From positions 42,649 through 106,648 of the forward strand of contig JACAEW010000211.1 of the NCBI GenBank assembly GCA_013388675.1: 64,000 bases of DNA. The letters run 5' to 3'. Of this stretch, positions 1 through 9,603 are shown one piece after another. The notes beneath the pieces are model-generated. The model was not told the origin of the DNA. It saw only the letters and a list, made by a program, of their open reading frames with translations, and did no database searches. The position numbers were made by a program, and so were the translations under genes. This DNA is from Syntrophaceae bacterium. GTDB taxonomy: Bacteria > Desulfobacterota > SM23-61. The stretch's first letter is position 1. Each line of letters opens with the position of its first letter.

Positions 1-1
1 G

Positions 2-1813
2 CGGCCCATCACCTGGAAGGATTACTACGAAAGGGTTAAGTGGATCGCCCTCGGCCTCCACTTCCTGGGGCTCCAGAGGGGGGACAAGGTGGCCATGATC
101 GGGGACAACCGGCCCGAAGGGCTCATGGTGGAGATGGCCACCCTGTGCGCGGGGGGGGTCGGGGTGTGGCTCTTCCAGGATTCGCTGATTGACGAAGTGG
201 CCTACATCATCGACCATTCCGATTCCCGGTTCCTCATGGGCGAAGGGCAGGAGGAGGTGGATAAGGCCCTTTCCATTAAAAGCAAGTGCCCCAAGCTGCA
301 TAAAGTCATCTGGGACGACCCCAAGGGGATGCGGGGATACGAAGACCCTCTCCTGATCAGTTTGAAGGAAGTCCAGGAGAGGGGCAGGGAGCTGGATGAA
401 AAAGAACCCGATCTCTTTGACCGCCTGGTCCAGGCGGGCAAGGGCGGCGATGTGGCCCTGCTTTTCTATACCTAGGGGACCACGGCCCTGCCCAAGGGCG
501 CCCTCCTCAGCCACTACAACATGCTGACCATGGGTCAAAACCTCATGCGGGTGGACCCCTGTTATGAAGACGACGACTTTGTCTCGTTCCTGCCCTTCGC
601 CTGGATTGGGGAGCAGATGATGTCCATCTCCTGCGGCCTCCTGGCCGGATTTACCATCAATTTTCCGGAGGAGCCGGAGACCGCCCAGGAAAACATCCGG
701 GAGATCGGGCCTCAGGTCATGTTCTCCCCGCCCCGAATCTACGAACAGATGGTCCGGACCGTCCAGGTTAAGTACCTCGATTCCTCCTGGATCAAGCGAA
801 AGATGTACGAATGGTCCATGGCTATAGGGTATCGAGCCGCGGACCTGCGGTTCGCCAAAAAGCCCGTCCCCCTGTGGTTGCGGGTCTTGAACCTCCTGGC
901 CTACGGGTCGGTGCACAAGAAGCTCCGGGATCACCTGGGGCTCTCCCGCATCCGCCACACCTACACGGGCGGGGCGGCCATGGGGCCCGACCATTTCCGT
1001 TTCTTTCACGCCATCGGGGTCAACCTCAAGCAGATCTACGGGCAGACGGAGATCGCCGGTATATCGGTCCTCCACCGGGACGGAGACATCAAATTCGACA
1101 CGGTGGGCAAGCCCATTCCGGGGACCGAGGTCCGGGTCACCCCCGAGGGGGAAATCATCTCCAAAAGCCCTTCGGTCTTCTTGGGATATTACCGGATGCC
1201 GAGCGAGACGGAAAAAACCCTCCGGGACGGGTGGCTCTATTCCGGGGACATGGGGTTCATCGACAGCGACGGGCACCTGGTGGTCTTCGACCGCAGCAAG
1301 GACGTGATGATCCTCGCCGATCGGACCAAGTTTTCCCCCCAATACCTGGAGACCCGCCTCAAGTTCAGCCCCTATATCAAGGATGTGTGGGTCATCGGCG
1401 ACCAGCGGCCTTTCGTCGCGGCAGTCCTCTGCATCGACTACACCGTGGTGGGCAAATGGGCGGAAGACCGGAACATTCCCTACACCAGCTATCCCGAACT
1501 CTCCCAGAAACCCCAGGTTTATGACCTGGTGCAGAAGGAGATCGTGAAAATGAACGCCGGCCTTCCCCCGGCGGCCCGGGTGCGCCGGTTCGTCAACCTC
1601 TTCAAGGAATTCGATGCCGACGACGACGAGTTGACCCGCACCCGGAAAATCCGGAGGGCCTTCGTGGAGCAGCGCTACCGGGACATCATGGAGGCGATTT
1701 ATTCCTCCCAATCCATCGTGCACATGGATACGACCATCACCTACGAAGACGGGACGGAAGTGAAGATCAAGGCCGACATGCGCGTGGCCGATGTTGCCCA
1801 GGAGGTGGCCTGA
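2..1813 (+). pseudogene. AMP-dependent acyl-CoA synthetase/ligase; 5' end lies outside the window; interrupted by an in-frame TAG at 473-475
   Basis: ORFs 89..475 and 521..1813 share one frame, and that frame stays open back to base 2. Read-through gives ...ALLFYT*GTTALPKGALLSHYN, which is the AMP-binding signature YTSGTTGxPKG with TAG in place of Ser. The C-terminal part has adenylate-forming motifs (QIYGQTE, YSGDMGFIDSDGHLVVFDRSKD). Confidence 0.75.
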
Positions 1814-2697
1814 TGGACGTATTCTTGCAGCTCCTCATCACCGGAGTCATGGTGGGTTCCATCTATGCCCTGGTGGCCCTGGGCTGGACGCTCATCTATA
1901 AATGCTCCGGCGTGCTCAACCTGGCCATGGGGGAGCTTACCTTGATCGGGGCCTATGTCTGCCTGTCCTTCTACAACTGGGGGGTCCCTTTCCTGGTGAG
2001 CCTGCTGGGCACCTTGGTGATCGGCTTTGTCCTGGGGCTCCTCACGGAAAGGCTCTTTTTGCAGCGGCTCATCGGGGAGCCGCTGCTGACGGTGATCATG
2101 GTCACGGTGGGGCTTTCTTTCTTTTTCAAGGGGATCGTGGCCTTTATCTGGGGGACCGACACCCAGGTCTTCAAACCCCCGGTTTTTCCCATGGAACAGA
2201 TCAAGCTCGGGAATATGGTCATCGGCCAGGTATATCTGTGGTCCTTCATCGCTGCGCTTATCCTGCTGGTGGTCTTCGTGGCCTTCTTCAAGTACACCCG
2301 CTGGGGACTTTCCATGCAGGCCACCGCCGACGATGAAATGGCCGCCCTTTCCCTGGGGGTGAGCGCCAAGTTCGTCTATGCCCTGGCCTGGGCCATCGCT
2401 TTCATGGCAGCCGGCGTGGGAGGAACGCTCCTGGGGAATATCAACGGCTTGAATATATCCGTGGGCTATCTGGGGCTTCTGGTCTTGCCGGCGGTGGTCT
2501 TCGGGGGGCTCAACTCCGTTCCCGGGGCGATTTTCGGGGGAATCATCATCGGAATCCTGCAGAACCTGGCCGACGGGTACCTGAGCCGTTTCACCCCCGG
2601 AGGGGTTAAAGAGATTGCTCCCTTCGCCATCATGGTCATCGTCCTGCTATTCAAGCCCTATGGGTTATGGGGATGGGTTCGGATTGAGAGGGTGTAA
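1813..2697 (+). CDS. ABC transporter permease, LivH type (HAAT family)
   Basis: 294-aa polytopic membrane ORF. Its ATG overlaps the upstream stop (ATGA). It is followed by LivM-type, substrate-binding and LivF-type genes. Confidence 0.85.
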   Translation: MDVFLQLLITGVMVGSIYALVALGWTLIYKCSGVLNLAMGELTLIGAYVCLSFYNWGVPFLVSLLGTLVIGFVLGLLTERLFLQRLIGEPLLTVIMVTVGLSFFFKGIVAFIWGTDTQVFKPPVFPMEQIKLGNMVIGQVYLWSFIAALILLVVFVAFFKYTRWGLSMQATADDEMAALSLGVSAKFVYALAWAIAFMAAGVGGTLLGNINGLNISVGYLGLLVLPAVVFGGLNSVPGAIFGGIIIGILQNLADGYLSRFTPGGVKEIAPFAIMVIVLLFKPYGLWGWVRIERV

Positions 2698-2701
2698 ATC
2701 G

Positions 2702-2845
2702 ATCTCTCGCCAAGGCGCAAAGAGCGCAAAGCAGAAATAAAAAGGGGGAGCCCCGATTCAAGACAAGATCGGAATAAAATCCACCGTGAATTCATTTTTT
2801 CTCGCCCTTCGGATTCTTGGCGATCTTTGCGCCTTGGCGTGAGAT
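2702..2845. repeat. MITE-like inverted-repeat element filling the livH-livM spacer
   Basis: The 25-nt arms ATCTCTCGCCAAGGCGCAAAGAGCG (2702-2726) and CGATCTTTGCGCCTTGGCGTGAGAT (2821-2845) are reverse complements with 2 mismatches. Confidence 0.6.
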
Positions 2846-2857
2846 GAAGGGGGTTTT

Positions 2858-3925
2858 ATGAGCTTTCTTCCCTGCGGCGTTTATCACGAAAAATACAGCC
2901 AGCAGCATTCCTGGTGGCAAACCGCATTCGTCCGGGGAAAGATGATTCTCCTTTTCGTCTTTCTTCTGGTCCTCATCCCCTTGTATGCCGGGAACTATTG
3001 GTTATCGGTCGCCAGCCTGGTCGGTTATACGATTCTCTCCGCCATGGGGGTGCAGCTGCTGATCGGATATTGCGGCCAGGTCACCCTGGGCCACGCGGCC
3101 TTCATCGCCGTGGGAGCTTACACCAGCGCCATCCTCATGCTCCAGTATGAGACCCCCTACCTTCTCAGCCTGGCGGCGGCCGGATTGGTGGCCGGGTTCT
3201 GGAGTGTTGTCTTCGGCCTGCCGTCGGCCAGGGTCAAGGGCTTTTACCTGATCATGACCACCATGGCCGCCCAGTTCATTACCGTTGACTTCGTCATCAC
3301 CCAATATGTAAGTCAAATCGGAGGCCGGGGAGTGGCCCTCTCCATTCCCCCCGGGACCATCTCCGTCGGACCCTGGGCCATCGATAATGACCTGAAGGTT
3401 TACTTCCTCATGATCGCCTTGGTAACCCTCTGCACCCTGGGGGTTTCAAACCTGATGCGAACCAAGATCGGTAGGGCCTGGATTGCCATCCGGGACAATG
3501 ATATTGCCGCCGAAACGATGGGGGTCAACATTGTAGCCTATAAACTCCTGGCCTTCTTCGTGGCCGGCGTCCTGGGGGGGATTGCGGGGGCCTTCTGGGT
3601 GAGTTCCCTGGCGGCCCTGAGCCCGGAGCATTTCCAGTGGGGCTGGTCCCTTTGGATCGTGGGGGTGATTTTGATCGGGGGGGTGGGAAGCACCCATGGC
3701 ACCATCTTCGGGGCGCTCTTCATGACCCTGATCCTGGAGGGGTTGAAGTTTGCCGTCATCCCCCTGAGTGAGGATTTTCCCCAGCTTCAGGAAAAATTCC
3801 TCTTTATCAAAGAATCTTCCTTTGGGCTGGCCATCTGCCTTTTCCTCCTTTTCGAGCCCAAGGGGCTGGCCTACCGATGGTGGCAGATCAAGAACTACTT
3901 TAACCTTTGGCCGTTTTCTTATTAG
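2858..3925 (+). CDS. ABC transporter permease, LivM type
   Basis: 355-aa polytopic membrane ORF with LivM-like sequence (GQVTLGHAAFIAVGAYTSA). Stop codon is TAG. Confidence 0.85.
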   Translation: MSFLPCGVYHEKYSQQHSWWQTAFVRGKMILLFVFLLVLIPLYAGNYWLSVASLVGYTILSAMGVQLLIGYCGQVTLGHAAFIAVGAYTSAILMLQYETPYLLSLAAAGLVAGFWSVVFGLPSARVKGFYLIMTTMAAQFITVDFVITQYVSQIGGRGVALSIPPGTISVGPWAIDNDLKVYFLMIALVTLCTLGVSNLMRTKIGRAWIAIRDNDIAAETMGVNIVAYKLLAFFVAGVLGGIAGAFWVSSLAALSPEHFQWGWSLWIVGVILIGGVGSTHGTIFGALFMTLILEGLKFAVIPLSEDFPQLQEKFLFIKESSFGLAICLFLLFEPKGLAYRWWQIKNYFNLWPFSY

Positions 3926-4099
3926 CCTGATGGGTAGAGAGGGGGTGAAAAGGGAAGGGAAAGGAGCCGGACTCTCAAGATTTTCGGGGAAGGAAGGTTC
4001 AAAACCAGGGGTCCAGAAAAAGGAGCGAGGCTTAAAGAGTGGGAAGAGAAGAGGTAGTCTTCTTGAAGCCTCGATCTGAATTTTCGAGAGGAGGGTGAG

Positions 4100-5359
4100 A
4101 TGATGAAAAAGGGGTATTGGTTTGGGATCATATTGTTTTCATTGATTTTGCTTTTCTTGGGCATTCCTCCCGCCCCAGCCCAGCAGATGGTCAAGCTCGG
4201 CGCCCTTCAGGATCTGACCGGCGCCACCTCCGATGTGGGCAAGGATGAAGCCCTGGGGGTCAAGGAAGCGGTGCAGTATTACAACGACCAGGGGGGCATC
4301 AACGGAAAAAGGATCAAACTCTTCCAGTACGATTACGGATACCGGGTTCCGGAAGCGGTGACTACGTACAAGCGTTTCCGGGACTACGATAAGGTGGTGA
4401 TGGTCCTGGGATGGGGGACGGGGGATACGGAGGCCCTCTCCCCGACGATCAATGCCGATAAAATGCCCTACCTTTCCAGTTCCTTCTCCGGCCACCTCTG
4501 CGACCCGAAGAAGACCCCTTACAACTTCGTTTACGGGACCGATTATTCCACCAACGCCCGGGGGGCCATCACCTACTGGTTCCAAGAGGTGTGGATGAAG
4601 GACCCGAAGTGGAAGGCGGAGCGGGAGAAGGGAACGAAGCCCCGTTTCCTCTGCTTCTTCATGTGGGCTTCTCCGTATGCCAGCGCTCCCATTAAAGCGA
4701 TCAAGGATCAAGCCAAAATTCTGGGGTTCGAGGTGGGTCCGGACCAGGACGTGTCCCTGACCGCCCTGGATACGAAGAGCCAGGTCCTGGCGGCCAAAAA
4801 TTTCGGGCCCCATCTGATATGGCACGGAAATACGACCATGTCGGTTTCCGCGGCCTTGAAAGACTGTCAGGCTTTGGGAGTGAATGCGGACCACATCATC
4901 AACAACTGGGGTTTTGACGAGAACCTGCCCAAATTGGCCGGGCCGGCGGCCGAAGGGGCCATCGGGCTCGCGGCCTGCGCCTATTTCGTCGAGGATTTTC
5001 CGGCGAAGGCCGGCAAAGTCGTGGCTTATGCCAAAAAGGTCAGTCCCAACGTTTCGATGGACACCCGCCTGATTCGGACCGTGCAGGGGTGGTGCAAAGT
5101 AACCCTGGCTGTTGAGGCCATGAAGATCGCCGACAAGGCGGGAAAGCTGAACGGGCCGGGGATTCGCGAGGCCTTTGAGAATAACCTGATCAGCCTCAAG
5201 GAGTTCGGCGGGCAGGTCATGAATTACACTCCCACCGATCACCGGGCAACTTCCGTGGTCCGAGTGGCCAGGATCAAGGGGGGAAAACCGGTGGGGGTGG
5301 CCGAATTGGACATGAAGGCCAAGTATCCCGGCGGATGGCCCTCGTGGTTGGGATGGTAA
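4100..5359 (+). CDS. ABC transporter substrate-binding protein (Leu/Ile/Val-binding family fold)
   Basis: 419-aa ORF with an N-terminal signal-like segment (WFGIILFSLILLFLGIPPAPA). GAGGAGGG lies upstream. It sits in the Liv-type operon. Confidence 0.85.
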   Translation: MMKKGYWFGIILFSLILLFLGIPPAPAQQMVKLGALQDLTGATSDVGKDEALGVKEAVQYYNDQGGINGKRIKLFQYDYGYRVPEAVTTYKRFRDYDKVVMVLGWGTGDTEALSPTINADKMPYLSSSFSGHLCDPKKTPYNFVYGTDYSTNARGAITYWFQEVWMKDPKWKAEREKGTKPRFLCFFMWASPYASAPIKAIKDQAKILGFEVGPDQDVSLTALDTKSQVLAAKNFGPHLIWHGNTTMSVSAALKDCQALGVNADHIINNWGFDENLPKLAGPAAEGAIGLAACAYFVEDFPAKAGKVVAYAKKVSPNVSMDTRLIRTVQGWCKVTLAVEAMKIADKAGKLNGPGIREAFENNLISLKEFGGQVMNYTPTDHRATSVVRVARIKGGKPVGVAELDMKAKYPGGWPSWLGW

Positions 5360-5367
5360 CCCCAAAA

Positions 5368-5420
5368 CGGAATTCGGATTTCGGAATGCGGATCGTAGGG
5401 GCGCGCGGCGCGCGCCCTTA
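5368..5420. repeat. Composite intergenic element: degenerate CGGAWTNCGGAWT oligomers plus the GC palindrome GTAGGGGCGCGCGGCGCGCGCCCTTA
   Basis: Starts 9 nt after the substrate-binding gene stop. The same architecture recurs at 14353-14440 and 63791-63848. Confidence 0.6.
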
Positions 5421-5445
5421 AGGTCCGGAAAACGGGGAGAACCGG

Positions 5446-6258
5446 TTGGAGAAAAAGAGCAGCATCCTCAAGCTGAACAATATCGAGGTGATGTACCACG
5501 AAGTCATCCTGGTGCTCAAGGGAGTGTCCCTGGAGGTGCCCGAGGCGGGGATTGTGGCACTCCTGGGGGCGAACGGGGCCGGGAAGAGTACGACCCTCAA
5601 GGCCATATCGGGGCTGCTGAAGCACGAGGATGGAGAGGTAACGGACGGATCGATCGAGTTTATGGGACAGCGAATCGACCGGCTGGGCGCCGAAGAGGTT
5701 TCCAAGATGGGAATCATCCAGGTGATCGAGGGGCGGAGGGTCTTCGAGCACCTGAGTGTGGAGGAAAACCTCCGGGTCGGGGCGCACCTTCGCAAAGACA
5801 CCTCCACGGTCAAAGAGGGACTGGAGGCCGTTTACCATTTTTTCCCCCGCCTCAACCAACTGCGATCCGTGACAGCCGGTTTCATCAGCGGCGGGGAGCA
5901 GCAGATGCTGGTCATGGGTCGGGCCATGATGGCCGGACCCCGGTTGATCCTCCTGGATGAACCCTCCATGGGGTTGGCCCCCATGTTGATCAAGGAGATC
6001 TTCGACATCACCATGCGCCTGAACCGGGAGGAGAAGGTTCCCATTCTGCTGGTGGAACAAAATGTGAAGTTGGCTCTGACCGTCGCTCCCTATGCCTATG
6101 TTTTGGAGAACGGCCGGTTGGTCATGGATGGGACCTCCGAACGGCTCATTCAAAACCCCGACATCCGGGATTTTTACCTCGGTTTGACCGACTTGGGAGT
6201 GCGAAAGAGTTTTCGTCAGGTTAAACATTACAAACGCCGGAAACGCTGGCTGACGTAG
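5446..6258 (+). CDS. ABC transporter ATP-binding protein, LivF type
   Basis: Walker A GANGAGKST, ABC signature SGGEQQML, Walker B ILLDEPSMGL. TTG start; basic C-terminal tail; stop codon TAG. Confidence 0.85.
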   Translation: MEKKSSILKLNNIEVMYHEVILVLKGVSLEVPEAGIVALLGANGAGKSTTLKAISGLLKHEDGEVTDGSIEFMGQRIDRLGAEEVSKMGIIQVIEGRRVFEHLSVEENLRVGAHLRKDTSTVKEGLEAVYHFFPRLNQLRSVTAGFISGGEQQMLVMGRAMMAGPRLILLDEPSMGLAPMLIKEIFDITMRLNREEKVPILLVEQNVKLALTVAPYAYVLENGRLVMDGTSERLIQNPDIRDFYLGLTDLGVRKSFRQVKHYKRRKRWLT

Positions 6259-6372
6259 GCAGAAGACACGGAAAAAGGAAAATCCATGATTTGATGACGC
6301 CCGGACGCGATGGCGCGGGGATCTACTTCCTGCCGCGTCTCAGCGCCACTTCTCAGCCAAGGAGGTACGGAA

Positions 6373-6954
6373 ATGCGCAAATTTAGTTTCGTCGTTTTTG
6401 TCGGTATGCTGATTGCCTGGATGGCCCTGGGGGCCTGCGCTACCCTCCCGCAAGGGGCCTCCGGGGGTGCGGTTGTACCCCCCAAGGTGGAGTTGGAAAG
6501 GGTGGAGGTGGCCAGTTATTTTCCCTACGACCCGAAAGTGCGCGTACCTCTCATCCTGGCCTTCATCTTTAAGCTGGAGAACCCCAATGAGATCAAAATG
6601 GGGCTGGAGTCCATTAAATTCACCGTCGGGTTCGAAGCCGAGGGAAAACCGGGAGAATTTTTCAACCTGGCCACCCCGATGGTCTACGAAAGCCAGTACA
6701 TTCCCCCGAAGACGGCCAATCAGTTGCGGGTGACCACGGTCATAGACTCCCAGGTCGTGCCGGGGAACCTGGCGGTTACCAGCGGCGCCCGGATGGCCGC
6801 ACTAGGCTTGAAAGCCCCCGATTTGATTAAATTTTGGTACGAAAAAATCGGCGATTTCCCCTTTGCCATCAGGGTTTCGGAGGGGAGCGCCACCTTCACC
6901 GGAGAAAAGGGCGACATGATCGTGCCTTTCGAAGGATCCTTCCCCAAAAAATAA
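6373..6954 (+). CDS. Putative lipoprotein with an LEA-2/WHy-like domain
   Basis: ATG at 6373 follows AAGGAGG. Signal peptide with a lipobox-like LGAC. The body is beta-rich with an ENPN motif. The family call is from memory only. Confidence 0.5.
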   Translation: MRKFSFVVFVGMLIAWMALGACATLPQGASGGAVVPPKVELERVEVASYFPYDPKVRVPLILAFIFKLENPNEIKMGLESIKFTVGFEAEGKPGEFFNLATPMVYESQYIPPKTANQLRVTTVIDSQVVPGNLAVTSGARMAALGLKAPDLIKFWYEKIGDFPFAIRVSEGSATFTGEKGDMIVPFEGSFPKK

Positions 6955-7140
6955 CTTCCTTGCGGCAAGAGTCCCCTGGGAAGCGAGGCGGGAATTTGAC
7001 AAGCCCGAAAGGGCTGTGGTAAGGTCCATTTGAAGAATGAGCGCCTGCCTCCCAGGGGGCTTCCAGACCAGTCATCAAAGCCATCCTGACGGGTAACCCC
7101 GCTCTGCGCTTCCATCATTCCCGAAAAAGGAGAAAAAGGA

Positions 7141-7995
7141 GTGTTCCCTATTGTCGATGCCAGGCTTCTGGCGGCCTCGGTGAAACAATTCAAGGTTTCT
7201 GCCGCGGAGATCGCTAAGAAAAGGAAGCCCGGCCAGTTTGTGGTCCTCCGGACCCATGAAGAAGGAGAGCGGATTCCCCTCACGATTGCCGATGCCGACC
7301 CGGCGGCCGGGACCATCACCCTGATCTTTCAGGAAGTGGGCAAGTCAACCATGCAGCTCGGCAAACTCAAAGCGGGAGATTCCATCCTCGACCTGATCGG
7401 GCCCTTGGGCCGCCCCACCCACATCGAGAACTTCGGAACGGTGGTTTGCATCGGCGGGGGGATCGGTATTGCCCCGGTCTATCCCATCGCCAAAGGGATG
7501 AGGGAGGCGGGGAACAAAGTGATTTCCATCATCGGCGCCCGTACCAAGGACCTTCTGATCCTGGAAGAGGAAATGGGCGCCGTATCCCACGTCCTGAAGG
7601 TGTCCACCGATGACGGAAGCTACGGGTACCACGGCTTCGTCAGCGATGTGTTGCAGGACGTCATCGACGAGGGGAACCCGATCCACCTGGTCGTAGCCAT
7701 CGGGCCGGTACCCATGATGCGGGTGGTGTGCAACGTGACCCGGAGCCGGAGCATCAAGACCGTGGTGAGCCTCAACCCCATCATGGTGGATGCCACGGGA
7801 ATGTGCGGAGCCTGCCGCGTCAGCGTGGGGGGCAAAACCCGATTCGTATGCGTGGACGGGCCGGAGTTCGACGGCCACGAGGTAAACTTTGCCGAACTGG
7901 TGAAGCGCCAGAGGGCTTACCTAGATCAGGAACAGCAGGCATCCAAGCTGTTCCTCCACCCGGCCGGAGCCTGCCTGGGAGGAAAGAACGGATGA
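7141..7995 (+). CDS. nfnA: NADH-dependent reduced ferredoxin:NADP oxidoreductase small subunit (PyrK/SudB-like FAD + 2Fe-2S protein)
   Basis: GTG start after AAGGAGAAAAAGGA. Ferredoxin-reductase-type motifs (RIPLTIAD, GGGIGIAP). C-terminal Cys cluster CGACRVSVGGKTRFVCVDGP. Confidence 0.8.
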   Translation: MFPIVDARLLAASVKQFKVSAAEIAKKRKPGQFVVLRTHEEGERIPLTIADADPAAGTITLIFQEVGKSTMQLGKLKAGDSILDLIGPLGRPTHIENFGTVVCIGGGIGIAPVYPIAKGMREAGNKVISIIGARTKDLLILEEEMGAVSHVLKVSTDDGSYGYHGFVSDVLQDVIDEGNPIHLVVAIGPVPMMRVVCNVTRSRSIKTVVSLNPIMVDATGMCGACRVSVGGKTRFVCVDGPEFDGHEVNFAELVKRQRAYLDQEQQASKLFLHPAGACLGGKNG

Positions 7996-9404
7996 CTGAG
8001 CCGACCGAAAAGAAGAAGAAAACCCAGATTCCCCGGACTCCGATGCCCGAACAAGAGCCTAAGGTCCGGGCGAGGAACTTCGACGAAGTGCCTTTTGGTT
8101 ACACCCCCGAGCTGGCCAAGCTGGAAGCCAGCCGCTGCCTGCAATGCAAAAAACCGACCTGTGTCCCCGGATGCCCGGTTTCCATCGACATCCCGGGGTT
8201 TATCTGGCTCATCCTGCAGGAAGACTATCGCGGCGCGGCCCGGAAGCTTAAAGAAATGAACAGCCTGCCCGCTGTCTGCGGGCGGGTTTGTCCTCAGGAG
8301 GACCAATGCGAAAAGCTGTGCATCCTGGGGAAAAAGGGAGATCCCGTAGCCATCGGACGGCTGGAGCGGTTTGCGGCGGATTTTGAACAGAAGCTGGGGG
8401 AGTTCACCATGCCCGCCATGGCTCCCCCCACGGGGAAAAAAGTCGCGGTGGTGGGGTCGGGTCCCGCGGGCTTGACCCTGGCTGGAGACCTGATCAAGAA
8501 AGGCCACAAGGTGACGGTTTTTGAAGCCCTGCACAAAGCCGGGGGAGTGCTCGTTTATGGAATTCCGGAGTTTCGCCTTCCCAAGGCCATCGTTCAGGCG
8601 GAGGTGGAATACCTGGAAAAGCTGGGCGTGGAAGTGAAATGCGACATGGTCATCGGGCAGATATACACAGTGGATGAGCTCATGGCCAGCGGGTACGACG
8701 CGGTTTTTCTGGGAACCGGGGCCGGCCTGCCGAGCTTCATGAACATTCCCGGCGAAAACCTGAACGGGGTTTATTCGGCCAACGAATATTTAACCCGTTC
8801 CAACTTGATGAAGGCCTATCTCTTTCCCAAGTACGATACTCCCATCGCCCGGGGAAAGAAGGTAGCGGTCCTGGGGGGCGGAAACGTGGCCATGGATTCA
8901 GCCCGCACCGCCCTTCGCCTGGGGGCGGACGAGGTCTACATCGTCTACCGCCGCTCGAAGAAAGAGTTGCCCGCCCGGATCGAAGAGGTCCACCATGCCG
9001 AGGAAGAGGGGATCAAGTTCCATTTCCTCACCCTGCCGGTGGAGATCCTGGGCAAGGATGACGGCTGGGTCTGCGGGATGAAATGCCAGCGGATGGAACT
9101 GGGAGAGCCCGATGACTCCGGCCGTCGCCGCCCCATTCCCGTTCCAGGCTCGGAATTCGTGCTGGATGTGGATATGGTGGTCGTGGCCATCGGCACCGGC
9201 GCTAACCCTTTGATCCCTTCCACGACCCCCGATTTAAAGACCAACAAGTGGGGTTATATCATCGCCGACCCGGAGACCGGAGCCACGAGCAAGAAGGGCG
9301 TATTCGCCGGGGGGGACATCGTGACCGGTTCGGCCACGGTCATCCTGGCCATGGGCGCCGGGCGGAAGGCCGCGGATGCGATCCACAAGTATCTCCTGGG
9401 GTAA
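7992..9404 (+). CDS. nfnB: NfnB / GltD-like NADPH-dependent oxidoreductase large subunit
   Basis: ATG at 7992 overlaps the nfnA stop (ATGA). Two Cys clusters (CLQCKKPTCVPGCP, CGRVCPQEDQCE). Dinucleotide-binding motifs VAVVGSGPAGL and VAVLGGGNVAMD. Confidence 0.8.
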   Translation: MTEPTEKKKKTQIPRTPMPEQEPKVRARNFDEVPFGYTPELAKLEASRCLQCKKPTCVPGCPVSIDIPGFIWLILQEDYRGAARKLKEMNSLPAVCGRVCPQEDQCEKLCILGKKGDPVAIGRLERFAADFEQKLGEFTMPAMAPPTGKKVAVVGSGPAGLTLAGDLIKKGHKVTVFEALHKAGGVLVYGIPEFRLPKAIVQAEVEYLEKLGVEVKCDMVIGQIYTVDELMASGYDAVFLGTGAGLPSFMNIPGENLNGVYSANEYLTRSNLMKAYLFPKYDTPIARGKKVAVLGGGNVAMDSARTALRLGADEVYIVYRRSKKELPARIEEVHHAEEEGIKFHFLTLPVEILGKDDGWVCGMKCQRMELGEPDDSGRRRPIPVPGSEFVLDVDMVVVAIGTGANPLIPSTTPDLKTNKWGYIIADPETGATSKKGVFAGGDIVTGSATVILAMGAGRKAADAIHKYLLG

Positions 9405-9520
9405 ACCGTCAAAGCAATGGAAGGCTTCCCACCGGGCCGAGCCGGACGCAAAGAGAAGATTGTAGCCGAGGCCCCAACGCGCGGGCTGGACCGCCCATAA
9501 ACGGAGCAACCCAACTTAGA

Positions 9521-9588
9521 GGCGGTTCGCGAACCGCCCCTACGGTTTATACAAACGGGCCTTTATGAACCGGGCGCAAAGCGCCCGG
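9521..9588. repeat. Two GC-rich hairpins between convergent genes
   Basis: Perfect palindrome GGCGGTTCGCGAACCGCC (9521-9538) followed by CCTACGG, and CCGGGCGC-AAA-GCGCCCGG (9570-9588). No clear U tract follows either. Confidence 0.5.
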
Positions 9589-9603
9589 AAATAGGAAAAT
9601 AAC

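Noticed and set aside
4139-5365. 408-aa ORF on the minus strand, antisense to the substrate-binding gene.
   Set aside because: It overlaps a well-supported gene completely. Its Arg/Gly/Pro/His-rich composition is typical of antisense frames in GC-rich DNA. I recognised no motifs.
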